64,000 nucleotides of DNA from Phaeosaccion multiseriatum (lineage: Eukaryota; Protista; Ochrophyta, other classes). Below, in pieces: positions 11,078 through 23,025 of the stretch. The stretch covers positions 7,340,488-7,404,487 of the forward strand of contig OZ218950.1 of assembly GCA_965112735.1 (NCBI GenBank). The letters are read 5' to 3'. Below the pieces are notes generated by a model that worked only from the letters and a program-made list of their open reading frames with translations, was not told the DNA's origin and did no database searches. The position numbers and the translations under genes are program-made. The stretch's first letter is position 1. Each line of letters begins with the position of its first letter.

Positions 11078-14000
11078 ATGTCGTCCGCGGTGTCTCGCGT
11101 GACCAATGCCACCAAGTCGGCGCTCAACTGGGTGCAGGACATCGAGCAATCCGAGATGCGGGGCCTGCACAACTTCATCCTCGACATTCGGAACTGCAAT
11201 AATAGGTCTGTGACAACAAGGGGTTTTCTCCCGGGCTCCCGGTGGGAGGGGGGGCGAATCATCTACCGCAGGCACACGATTATAACTGTCTGCTGAACAT
11301 CGCCCTTCGCTTCAGTTCTCATCTCCTTCTCGGCGTCCCTCTCCTCCCTCTCTCTCTCTCTCTCTCCCTCTCCCCCTCTCTCTCGCTCCTCTCTTCGCTC
11401 TCTGTCCATCTCCCTCTGTGTGTGTGTCCCTCTCTCTCTGTCTGTATCCCTTTCTCTGTCTCTCTCTATCTCCTCGCGTCGTAGGGAGCAAGAACAGGCT
11501 CGAGTGGATAAGGAGATGGCCAACATCCGAGCCAAGTTCACCAACACCCCCTCCCTCAACAGCTACAGCAAGAAGAAGTAAGTGAGCCTACACGTCCATT
11601 CCCTCCACAGCTGCGCTGCAAAGAAGAAGGAGAACTGTGGCCCATTGGGCCATTGCTTCAGGCGTGTCATCAGGCAGAGGGAGTGCGGCATCGTGGAATG
11701 GAATGTGGCACCTTGGAATGTGGCGGCACCCTTTAGTGGCTGAGGTCACCGCTTCAGAATATGTTCGTTGGGCTGTACCGGAAGGCAAACATGCTGGCGA
11801 CAGACGGAGGGGCGAGGGGACATGCGCACGGTCTTCCACTCCTCCACCCCACTCCGTTCCGCCTCCACCAGCAGTGGGCGGGAGAGAGAGAGGGAGAGAG
11901 AGAGAGAGAGGGAGCGAGCGAGCGAGCGAGAGAGAGAGAGAGAGAGAGCTAGAGCGAGAGAGAGAGAGCCAGAGCGAGAGAGAGAGAGAGAGAGAGAGAG
12001 CTAGAGAGAGCGAAAGAGAGAGAGCGCCATGGAGGCATATGGGCAGAGGGGTAGCGTTGGCCGAAGCGAAGCGCTGTGTACCTTTGTCGCTGCTCCCCTT
12101 ATGGGGCCCTTCTGGGGGGGTACTCAACTATTGACACCTCACACCTCACACCCACGCCGACATCGTGCCGTTCCTCGGTGTGACGCTTCTTCTCCCATGG
12201 CTCTTCTCCACCCCCTCAGGTACGTGTGGAAGCTTATCTACATGTTCATGCTCGGCTACGAAGTCGACTTCGGCCACATGGTGATGATCTCCCTCATCTC
12301 CAGCGCCAAGTTCAGCGAGAAGAACGTGGGCTACACAGCGGTGTCCTTGCTCGTGCGGCCTGGCGACGAAATGATGACGTTGGTCATCAACACCATGCGC
12401 AACGACCTCACCAGCCACAGGTAGGGTATAGGGTATAGAGTACGGGAATGGGAATGGGGCATGGGGTATGGGGTGTGGGATAGAGCTGCCAAAGGCGAAG
12501 GAAGCGCTTGTCAACGGCCCCCTCCTCATGTCCATGGACTGCCTTCTCCCTCCCCCTCCCAGCAACCCCTCTCAGACGCTCGCTCTGTCCTCCATGGCCA
12601 ATCTTGGGGGGGTGGACCTCGCCACCGCGCTCATGCCAGGTAAGGGTAAGGGCGGGAGTGGGTGTATGGGTGCGTGTGTGGGTGGGCCGGAGCGTCTGAC
12701 GCAGAGAGACTCTGAAGAGCGGCTCTGTTGAAGAGAGCCCTGATCTGATCTGAAACGCTTTTGCCCCCCCGTGTCACGCTCTCTTCCTTGACGCAACAGA
12801 CGTGCAGCGGCTTCTCTTCTCCTCCACCACGGACCCCTACGTGCGCAAGAAGGCGGCGCTGTGCGTGCTACGCTTCTTCAGGGACGCACCCGACCTCATC
12901 GACCACAACGAGTGGAGCGACAGAATGGCCTCGCTGCTCGAGGACAAGGTAAGGTATATGGGGGGTGTATGGGAGGTGTATGGGCAGGTATATGGGAGGT
13001 GTATGGGCAGGTATATGGGAGGTGTATGGGCAGGTATATGGGAGGTGTATGGGCAGGTATATGGGAGGTGTATGGGCAGGTATATGGGAGGTGTATGGGC
13101 AGGTATATGGGGGGTGTATGGGCAGGTATATGGGAGGAGTATGGGCAGGTATATGGGAGGTGTATGGGCAGGTATATGGGAGGTGTATGGGCAGGTATAT
13201 GGGGGGTGTATGGGCAGGGCCGGCGGCAGGGGGCGCGGAGGAGGGGAGAGAGGGAGGGAAGGAGGGAGAGAGAGGGGGAGAGGGGCGAATGGAGCTGTGG
13301 GCTGCAGGGGGGGGGGGGGGCGGCAAAGACAGAGGCTCCCAACGCCCCCACCGCCCCCCTTCCCTCCTTCCCTCCTTCCCTCCTTGGCTCTTTTATTGAC
13401 TGTCCTCCCCCTCATGTGCGTCTATTCCATCTATTCGGTGTCTCACTTTCACCCCCCCATCCACTGCCACCACCCCCCCGCAGCACCTCGGCGTGGTGAC
13501 GTCAGTGATGGCGCTGCTGCTCTCAGTGGCTGGCAGGGAGTCCCCCCCCTACCTGCTGCTCGTGCCCTATGTGATCCACCTCCTCACGCGCCTCGTTGTG
13601 CACCGCACCACCCCGGCCTCTTACAAGTACTACGGCACAGCAAGCCCCTGGCTGCAGGTAAGTCAACAAAGGGAGGGTGGTGGAGGGGCAGTCAGTCAGG
13701 GCACTTGCAGAGGAGGGCTGAGGGGGTAAGCATGCTCTCCATGGGGGGGTCTCCAGGGGGGGTCTCCAGGGGGGGGTCTCCAGGGGGGCTCTCCAGGGGG
13801 CTCTCCAGGGCTGAAGCAGAGAGACCGCACAGCCTCTCATGTGCGTCGCCACTCTCTTTCTCTCTTTCTCTCTTTCTCTCTTCTCTCTCTTCTCTCTCTC
13901 CCCTCTCCCTCGTCGCCGCTCTCTTCTCTCTCTCCTCTCTCTCCTCTCTCTGTCCCTCTTCCTCCCCCCCCTCTCTCTGTATGACCAACAGGTGAAGCTG

Positions 14001-14252
14001 CTGTCCTTCTTGCAGCTGTACCCGTGCCCTCCCGACGCCACGCAGCAGGAGAACCTCAACAAGGTCAGGAGGGAGGGTAGGGGGGGGCTCACGCATACAT
14101 GCGCGCAAATACACACATACACACACAGAGAGACGCACACGCAGAGAGAGATGTTGAGCAGAGTTCCCCACCGACCGATGGAGCGCAGCGCAATAGAGAA
14201 GAGGTCAGGTCAGTCAGTCAGTCAGGCTGTTCGAGTCTCATGTCATGCGGTT

Positions 14253-14288
<36 letters not shown>

Positions 14289-17202
14289 CGTGCGTGTCCC
14301 CCGCTCCTCTCAGGCGCTGGACACTATCCTGGACCGCACTGAGATGAGCTCAGTAGTGAGCAAGCTTCACGCCGACCACTCCATCCTCTTCGAAGCCATC
14401 AATCTCATCGTGCATTACGGGCAGGGGGGAGGACAGAATGGACAGGATGGCAGCCTAGGGCAGGGCCTGCGTGCCAAGGCCTTTGAGAAGCTCGGCACGT
14501 TCATAGGGGCTGACGAGGGGGCAGCCGTTAAGGTAGGTGGAGGCATATGGGGGGGGGGGATGAGTGCGTGTGTGTGCTTGTATGCATGTGTGTGAGTGTG
14601 TGAGTGTGTGTATATACGCACTTATGTAAGCATGTGTGCGTCCCCTTGGTGCGTGCCCTTGGGTTGTCTCCTCCCTGCAAAGTGTCGAAAGAGCAAAGCA
14701 AACGAGTGCTCCTCTGAAACTGACTGACCACTGCATACCCTCTCAGGAGCCCAACATCAGATACCTGGGGCTGGAGACCATGTCCCGCCTGGCCCGGCTT
14801 GAGGGCGGACACACCATCAAACAGCACCAGGCCACTGTGACCAAGAGCCTCCGAGACGCCGATGTGAGCGTGTGCAGAAGGGCGTTGGATGTCCTCTTCG
14901 TCATGTGTGACGGAGAGAATGCAGTAGGTGAGTGAGTGAGTGAGTGAGTGAGTGAGTGAGTGAGTGGGTTGAGGGAGGCAGTGAGTGAGTGAGTGAATGA
15001 GTGCGTGAGGAGAAGAGGGAGTGAGTAAGTGAGTGAATGGGTGAATCCGGCAGGATCTCTGTCTATCTATCTATCTATCTATCTATCAATCTATCTATCT
15101 ATCCATCTATCAATCTATCTATCAATCTATCTATCCATCCATCTATCCATCCATCTATCTTCTTTATATATATCTTATCTATCAGTCTATCTGTCGGTCT
15201 GTCTGTCCACGGGCGTAGGCCAAAGGGGGCACAGCGGTGGGGCGAGTTCCTACCCATCTCAAAGGGAAATGACTCTGACTCGCTTCTCATGGTGTGCATC
15301 CATCTATCCATCCATCCAACTGTGAGTCAGGCATCGTGGAGAACCTCTTGGAGCACTTGGTGGTGTGCGACGAGAGCGTCAGGGAAGAGATGGTGCAGAA
15401 GATTGCCATCCTCGCAGAGAGGTACCAGGGGCAGGGGGAGCAGGGGGAGCAGGGGGGCGGGGGGGACTTGCGCTGGTACGTGGACAAGATGTTGAATATG
15501 ATCTCCATCGCAGGGAGCGATGTGTCGCACGACGTGTGGCATCGCATCATTCAAATCGTCACCAACCACAAGGAGCTGCAGGCATACGCCGCAGAGGTGC
15601 GTGGGGGGCATGGAAGGGCATGGGAGAGCATGGAAGGGCATGGAAGGGCATGGAAGGGGTCGTGCTTGGGACTGACTCTTTTCTCTCTCGCTCCTCTCGC
15701 TCCCGCCCTCTCTATATATCCCTCTCTCTCTCTCCCGCCCTCTCTATATATCCCTCTCTCGCTCCCGCCCTCTCTATATATCCCTCTCTCTCGCTCGCTC
15801 GTCTCTCTGCCGGCGCCCCCCTGCTTGCTCCATGTGTGTGCGTGTGTGCAACAAACAGCGCCTGTACACCGCTCTGCAGGGGGCAGGAGTGCACGAGACC
15901 GCCGTTTCCGTCGGCGGTGAGTCCTTTGAGTCCTTGTCAATCATGGACGCGTTGATGCAGTCGAGCCGTTCGTCAGCCCTGTGAAGGAGCGAAACTCAGG
16001 CTCTGCTTGTGCTAAGGTGTCGTGTTTCCGCTCCCTCGTGCCTCTGTCCTCGGCCATCCATCCCCTGCCACCCCCGCTCAGGGTACATCCTGGGTGAGTT
16101 CGGCTACACCATTGCAGAGCAAATCAGCGGCCAGCAACAGTTCGACGTTCTGCACTCGCACTTCTACTCGGTGAGTGGCCTTATCTTGCCAAGGTGCACA
16201 TGTTGCACAAACATGGAGATGTAGAGCGTCGCCCTGAGTGAGTCCAGCACCGCTCGTGGCTGACTCCTCGTCTACTCCTCTCCTCTCCTCTGCTCCTCTC
16301 CTCCCGCCACCCTCCTGCAGGTCTCAAATGCGACGAAGGCGCTGCTGCTGTCCACGTACATTAAGCTCTCCAACTTCTATCCCGAGGTGAGGGCACATCG
16401 AAAAGAAAGTCCGACTGGAGAAGCCTACTGTGCTATGCTGTATGCCCAACTGCTGTACCTCTTCCTCTTGCTGTATGCCCAACTGCTGTACCTCTTCCTC
16501 TTGTTCTATGCCCAACTGCTGTACCTCTTCCTCTTGCTGTATGCCCAACTGCTGTACCTCTTCCTCTTGCTGTATGCCCAACTGCTGTACCTCTTCCTCT
16601 TGCTGTATGTCCAACTGCTGTACCTCTGCCTCTCTCTCAGTGCGTCAGCGCGGCCCTGTCTGTGTTCTCGAAGTTCTCCACTGACCACGACTTGGAGCTG
16701 CAGCAGAGGGCGTGCGAGTACATGCAGGTTGGTTAGCAAAGCATGCCGAACCCGCACATCACCATACATCGCTCAGCACCAAGTCGGATATCCGGACCGG
16801 CCGACCCCCCCTCTCAGACGGCTGGAGTCTTTTGAGTCGATGTCATCTGTAGTACGCCTCTAACATGCCCCTCTCTCCTCAGCTCCTCAGCTGCCTTTCC
16901 TGGCCTCTCACCTGCCCCCCATATGCCTCTAACATGCCCCTTTCTTCTCAGCTACCCCTGCTGGATTCTAATGTGCTTCTAACATGCCCCTCACATGCCT
17001 CTAACATGCCCCTCTATCCTCAGCTGCCCCAGCTGGACTCTGGCGAGCTCATGGAGGAGGTGCTGAAGGAGATGCCCAAGTTCAACGAAGACAGAGAGTC
17101 CGGTGAGTCATCACAGTACCGTTCAGTACCGTTCAGCACCGTACAGCACAGTCCAAACCTCAGCGCGCTCTCTCTCTCTGCCTCTCTCTGCCTGTCTCTC
17201 TC

Positions 17203-17255
<53 letters not shown>

Positions 17256-19510
17256 GTCTCGCTCTGTCTCTCTCTGTCCTCTTTGTCTCTGTCTCTGTCC
17301 TCTCTGTCTCTCTTTTCTCTCTCTGTCCCTCTCTCTCGGTCCCTCTCTCTCGGTCTCTCTCTCGGTCTCTCTCTCGGTCTCTCTCTCTACCTCTTTCCTC
17401 CCTCCCTCTGCCCTCTCTGCCTCTCTCTCTCTCTTCATGGGGATCTCACACCATCTCTCTTTCCTTGCCCCTGCTCTGCTCTGGTCTATGCTATGCTGTG
17501 CCCATACGCCTCTGCTGCATCACCAACTGCTGCATCACCAACCTGTGATGACAGGCCCCGAGGCGGCTCTGAGGCGCAAATTGGAAGAGGCCGAGAAGGG
17601 GGCAGGGGCGGTGGCGGAGGGGGACAACAGAGGGGGAGAGCAGGGGGGGGGCGATGCGGGCAGCGACACAAGTGAGAGTGATGGCTCCGATGAAGGAGAC
17701 GGGGAGAGGGGCAGCGGCAGCGGCCAGTACAGCAACGGACAGCAGGTGCGTACATACGTGCGTACATACGTTTGTTACGTAAGCTTAGTGCTGGGGAGCG
17801 GCCCTGCTGCCCCCCCCCCCAAGGGCCGAGGGAAGGCCAAGTGCCAAGCTTTGAGTGCTTACCCCCCTCCCCTTTGAGCGCTTGCCTCCCGCCAACCCGT
17901 TTGTTCATGTGATTGTTTCTCGTCCTCCCTGCGCAGCTCACGAGCAACGACTTGCTCGGTGTGGAGGACGACTACAGCAGCAGTCATATGGGCAGCAGTC
18001 ATATGGGCGAGCCCTTGCCCCCCACTCCGCCTCAACCACAGACGGGCAGCTACTTGGGGGGGGGGTTACCCAACATGGGGGCCATGGCGTCAGTGTCGGG
18101 CTATAGCAATGGCAACGGGGGAGCGCTGCTGGACCAAGGCAATGAGGGGGGAGGGGGGGGCGGAGAGGGCGAAACCGTCGGTGAGTCATCAGAGGAGAGA
18201 AAAGAGTGTGCAGGCTGCCACCATCCACTGCCATCCACTGCGATCCGCTGCCATCCACTAACTGTGCGCGCCCCATCCGTCGGTGTGTGTGTGTGTCCAT
18301 CCGCTGCCATCCATCCTCCTTGTCCAACGAACAGGTGTGCCCGTGAGCATGGTGCCTCAGCTGAAGCGCTGGTTCAACACAGCGAGTGTGAGCGGCAAGG
18401 GGCTGCTGTTCGAGGACGCCTCCTACCGCCTCGGCGTGGTGCACGACTTCATCGGCTCGCAGGGGAGAATCATGCTGTACCACTTGAACAAGACCGACAA
18501 GCCGCTAGACGCTCTCAAGGTGGGGAGGGGGTAGCCTGAAGCTTGCCCCCACAGCTCAGCTCCACCCGCTCACATACTTTTATCCTTTCGTGGACTCCTT
18601 TCCCCTCCCCTCCCCTCCCCCCCTCAGGTGGCCATGCCCCCTGTCGAGTACCTCCGCAGCCAATTCAAGGAGCCGCAGCCCTCCTCCGTCCCCGCCGGGG
18701 GCCAAGCGGTGCAGGAGCTGCGTGTGGAATGCCTCAAGCCCTTCAAGGGTGCCCCGGAGCTTACGGTGTCCTTCGAGTCAGGACAGAGCCACGCATACAA
18801 CCTCCGCCTCCCCATCGTTGCCTCCTCCTTCATGCAGGTGCGTGTGTGTGCATGCGTGTGCATGCGTGTGTGCGTGTGTGTGTGTGCGTGCGTATGCATG
18901 CGTGTGTGCGTGCGTGTGTGTGCGTGCTGTGCGTGCGTGTGCGTGCGTATGTGCGTGCATGTGTGCGTGCGTGTGTTAGTGTGTAGGACCTGACACCTGG
19001 TCCCGACCCGCCATCCACTGCCATTCCCCAGGCGATGCCTCTCTCCTCTGCGGACTTCTTCTCCCGCTGGGATGGGCTGCAGCACACAGAGCAGCAGGAC
19101 GCGCTGAGCACGGAGGGGATGGCAGCGGATGGGGACCTCTCCCTCCTGACTCAGCGCGTGGGCTCCCTGCTGGGGTCGGGTATGCACATGGGCCTGGTGG
19201 AGACATCCCCCTCTGACGGGTCTGACAACACGGCAAGGGCCACGGCCTCCTTCTGCACAGGGTCGGTGAGTGGCCATGACAATTCTCTGTCCTTTATCCT
19301 CTGCCCTGTCTGACTGTCGCATTTCCCCCCCCCCTGCCCCTCTGACTGCAGGTGGGCCCCTCGGGTCAGAAGATCAGCGTGGGCACCATGGTGTGTGTGT
19401 GGGTGGAGGCGCAGCAGCTGCGCGTGTGTGTGCGCGCCACTCACCCCCAAGTGTCAGAGGCGCTGCTCATGATTCTGAGGGTGCAGCTCAGAGCACTGCT
19501 CGACGGCTGA
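11078..19510 (+). CDS. AP2A: AP-2 complex subunit alpha (alpha-adaptin), multi-exon
   Basis: MRGLHNFILDIRNC / EQARVDKEMANIRAKF / KKYVWKLIYMFMLGYEVDFGH / EPNIRYLGLETM / ELQQRACEY, followed by hinge and appendage (ear) domains ending RVCVRATHPQVS...LLDG*. Confidence 0.96.
12953..13218. repeat. Intronic 23-bp minisatellite (GTGTATGGGCAGGTATATGGGAG)n
   Basis: About 11 tandem units starting right after an AP2A splice donor. Confidence 0.9.
16436..16626. repeat. Intronic 33-bp minisatellite (TATGCCCAACTGCTGTACCTCTTCCTCTTGCTG), about 6 units
   Basis: Directly visible within an AP2A intron. Confidence 0.9.
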
Positions 19511-19535
19511 GTGGACTGAGTGGACATGGCACAAG

Positions 19536-19631
19536 CGGCTGAGTGAGCACGGCTGAGTGAGCACGGCTGAGTGAGCACGGCTGAGTGAGCACGGCTGAGT
19601 GAGCACGGCTGAGTGAGCACGGCTGAGCACG
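19536..19631. repeat. 14-bp tandem repeat (CGGCTGAGTGAGCA)n just after the AP2A stop
   Basis: About 6 units; the unit resembles the sequence around the stop codon itself (CGGCTGAGTG at 19504-19513). Confidence 0.85.
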
Positions 19632-20225
19632 GGGGAGTGGGTCGGCAGAGGGGCGACTAAACACACGGCCGAGGGGATGGAGGGTTAGGGCCACACACTG
19701 CCGAGGGGATGGAGGGAGGGCCACACACTGCCGTTACGCTGGGGCAGTGCTCTGCGGGTGTTGATGATACGCATGCCCTCTCCCGTACCCCAATCAGCTG
19801 CCCAAGTTGCCTAAGCAGCAGGAGGCGCGTTAGGAGAGAGGAAGAGAGCCAAGCCCCTGGCACAAGCAAGCAACAAGGCTTTGCTCGACTTTCTCTCTTG
19901 CTTTGCTGTCTTCGACCCCGTCTTTTATTCTTTAGAGACTAAAGACGACCAAAGCAAAGGCCGAGGCCGATCCACACCTCCACACCGACGCGGTGCAGAG
20001 ATGAGAGACACACACACACATAGTTCAGATGTATTGCAGCAAGTACGTGGAGGAAGTGCGCGCGTGCATGCCGCCGTGTGAGCTTGCGCAGCGACGCCGC
20101 AGCTTCGAGCCTCCCCTTTGTACTTTGTACCCCCCCCTTGGTGCCTGGGTAGGTGCTTCCCACCCATAACCTTACATAATACATGAAAAGACGCCGGCGC
20201 ACCCCGCCCCCCACTGTTTCTTTTG

Positions 20226-22982
20226 TCACTCCTTGTTCGTGGCTTGTGGAGCAATAGCGATGGCCATCCCCTCCACCCAGTGCTTGTCGTCCCCGTTGTA
20301 GTACTCGTAGGCGCGAGAGCTGCTGCCTCGAAACAGCCCGGGAGACGCCGCCAGACAGTCGAAGGAAATCTGCGTAGAGGAAGGTAAGGGCCAAAGGAAG
20401 GAGGCAAGGCAAGAACGGGAGAAAGTCTGTGCTCAGTGCTCAGTCGAAGGAAGGAGCGGGGAGTGGTGCGATGCATTGCTCTCTCGGGCCTCTCTCCATG
20501 CCGCTGGACCAAGACACCCACAAACACACCCGACCCTGGCCTCGCTGCTGCTCTCACCCCCCCCCCCCTCTCACCCACCTGAATGGTCTGTGCTGGCTCC
20601 AGCCCGTCCCAATACAGCGTCACGACATTTCCCTCCCTGACCTCGAAGGCGGCCACTTGTCCTGCCCTCCTGAGCTCAGAGAGCCGGCCCAAGCGTGGCT
20701 CCAGACCAAAGGGGAGCCCAATCTCGGCCACCACCATGCCCGTCCGGCGGGAGGGGGAAGCGTTGTGTATCGCTGCTACAACGTCCACGGCCTCTCCCAC
20801 AGCGCTGCGGGCGAAGGTCTCTGTGCCAACCGTGATTCCCCCCTCGGAGGCTTCCTCCTTCTCCTTAGAGGCGTCGCTGCCAGCTGTGAGCAGGTGTGTG
20901 CGTAAGTGGACAGGGGCAGCTCCGGTGGAGGGCGGCAGCAACACACGCCACGAGAGTGCAAGGGACCAAGGCAGTTTCGCCTCTCCCCCAGAAGAAGAAG
21001 AGGAAGAGGTCTGACGTCTGGCCTCACCCTCGCCCCCCTCCCCCTCCTCCTTGCCCTCCTTCAGCGGGTGGTGGTACAGGCGGAGCGTGTAGGGCATACC
21101 CGGCAGCAGCTGCGGGAGGAGGCCCTCTGTGGGTAGAGGCAAGGGCCTTCCCGCCCTCTCAGCGAGAGTGGCCTTGTCGAGGCGAGTAGAGCTTGATGCC
21201 AAGGTGCCTGTGGCTGCTGCGTCGAGGCTGAGTTCAATCAAAGAAGGGTGGACGTTGCTCGATCTGCGGCGACAAGGCGCGAAGGAGAAGAGGAAGGGAG
21301 CGTAATGAGAGAGAGAGACAGAGACAGAAGCAGCGAGAGAAGAGAGAAGGAGACAAACACAGTATCTGACAGTATCAGTGCCCCCCTCTGAGTGCCCCCC
21401 TCTCAGTGGACTTGGCCCAATGAGCCTCACCTCCTGTCCTCGTAGGCGAGAATGGCCTTGAGGGCGAGCACCGTGCCTTGCGTGCTGCCGAACACTCCAC
21501 CGCTACACTTGCCGGCGAGCCATCGCACCCCCTTCTCTGTGGCCTCTACCCACTCGCCCTCCCCCTCCCCCTCGCCCGTCTCCTCCTCCTCCTCGTCCTC
21601 CTCGTCCGTGAGCCAGGCGAGCAGTGCGATGGCCGTGGTCTCAATCACGAGCGGAGTGTTGCGAGAGCTCGTGATGGACGTCTCGGCGCCTGTGAAGAAA
21701 GGATGGGAGGGGAGAGGTGAGAAGAGGGGAGGGGAGAGAGGGGCGAAAGAACAAGACAAAGGAAGAGAAAACGGGTAGAGAGTAGCGAGCGAGGGGGGGG
21801 AGAAGCGGTGGCAAAACATGCCGAGCACACGTTAAGTAAGCAAGGATACGTCCACTGGGGTATGTCCACTTGGGAATGCCCAAGAAAGCTTGAAAGCTTC
21901 CCCCCCACCCCCGACCGTCGTACCTCCCACGGCCCCGTCCTCTGCCTGCAGGCCCTTGAGTCTCCTTGCGAGTGTGCGTCCCTCCTCCCTCCTCCCATCC
22001 GCGAACATGGTGGCCGCTGCAAGGCCGAGCTCGTACGGGTCCTTGAATGAGAGGGCGTTGACACGCGCCCACAGAGCGTCGATCTCTCGGTCCATCTCTC
22101 CGCCCCCCCCCAGCCCCGCGGACACGAGCGAGTAAATGATGTAGGCATCTGTGAGTCCTGCGGGGGCGTATCCGAACCCGTCAAGCGCCGCCTTGTCCTG
22201 CTTGAAGCCGCCCTCCCCGTCCCTGCGGCCAAGGATCCACTTCTTTGTGCGTTGCACCACCTCGTCCATACCATCCACCACCTGTCCCTGCAACGGGGGT
22301 AGGTACGGGGAAACGAAGGGTTTGGGTTAGGCTCCCTTGTCAGAGGCGAGATGGGGGACAGCACTCAAGTCATCATCCATCCGCTACCACTCTTGACGGC
22401 GCAGACAAGACAAACATTACTGCCTCCCCCTCCTCTCCCTCCTCAACGTACCAGGACGGGTACCATGTCAATGAACTGAAGCAAACCGTACGCAGTCAGT
22501 GCCTCGTGGGCGGGCGCCCTCCCAAACCACTCGAAGCCGCCCCCCTCGCTCTCGAAGGCGAGCAGCTTCTTGTACCCCGACTGGAGGTGAGCGAGTGCCC
22601 TCTCCCTGAGGCCTTTGTTGCTCTCGCTCTGGTGCTTGTCGAGGTAGCGCAGCGCTATGACCATGGGGTAAGTTGTGGCGGAGGTCTGCGAAGGGTTGGG
22701 GATAGTGCATCATAGGGTTGGGGTTAGTGACATAAAGGGAGATGCCTGCCACACAAGGGCTTGCAGTCAACGGTGTATACACAAGAACATGTACGCGAGG
22801 ATTCAGTCCCACACGCCCAGGGCGCATTTCATCCAAAACAACTCATACGGCACGACGCACTGAAGTCACAGATGGCAGCGACACATGAGCGACACACACA
22901 CACACATACACACACACATACACACACAGACACACACACACGCACACACAGACACACACTCACACACACACACATACACACA

Positions 22983-23025
<43 letters not shown>

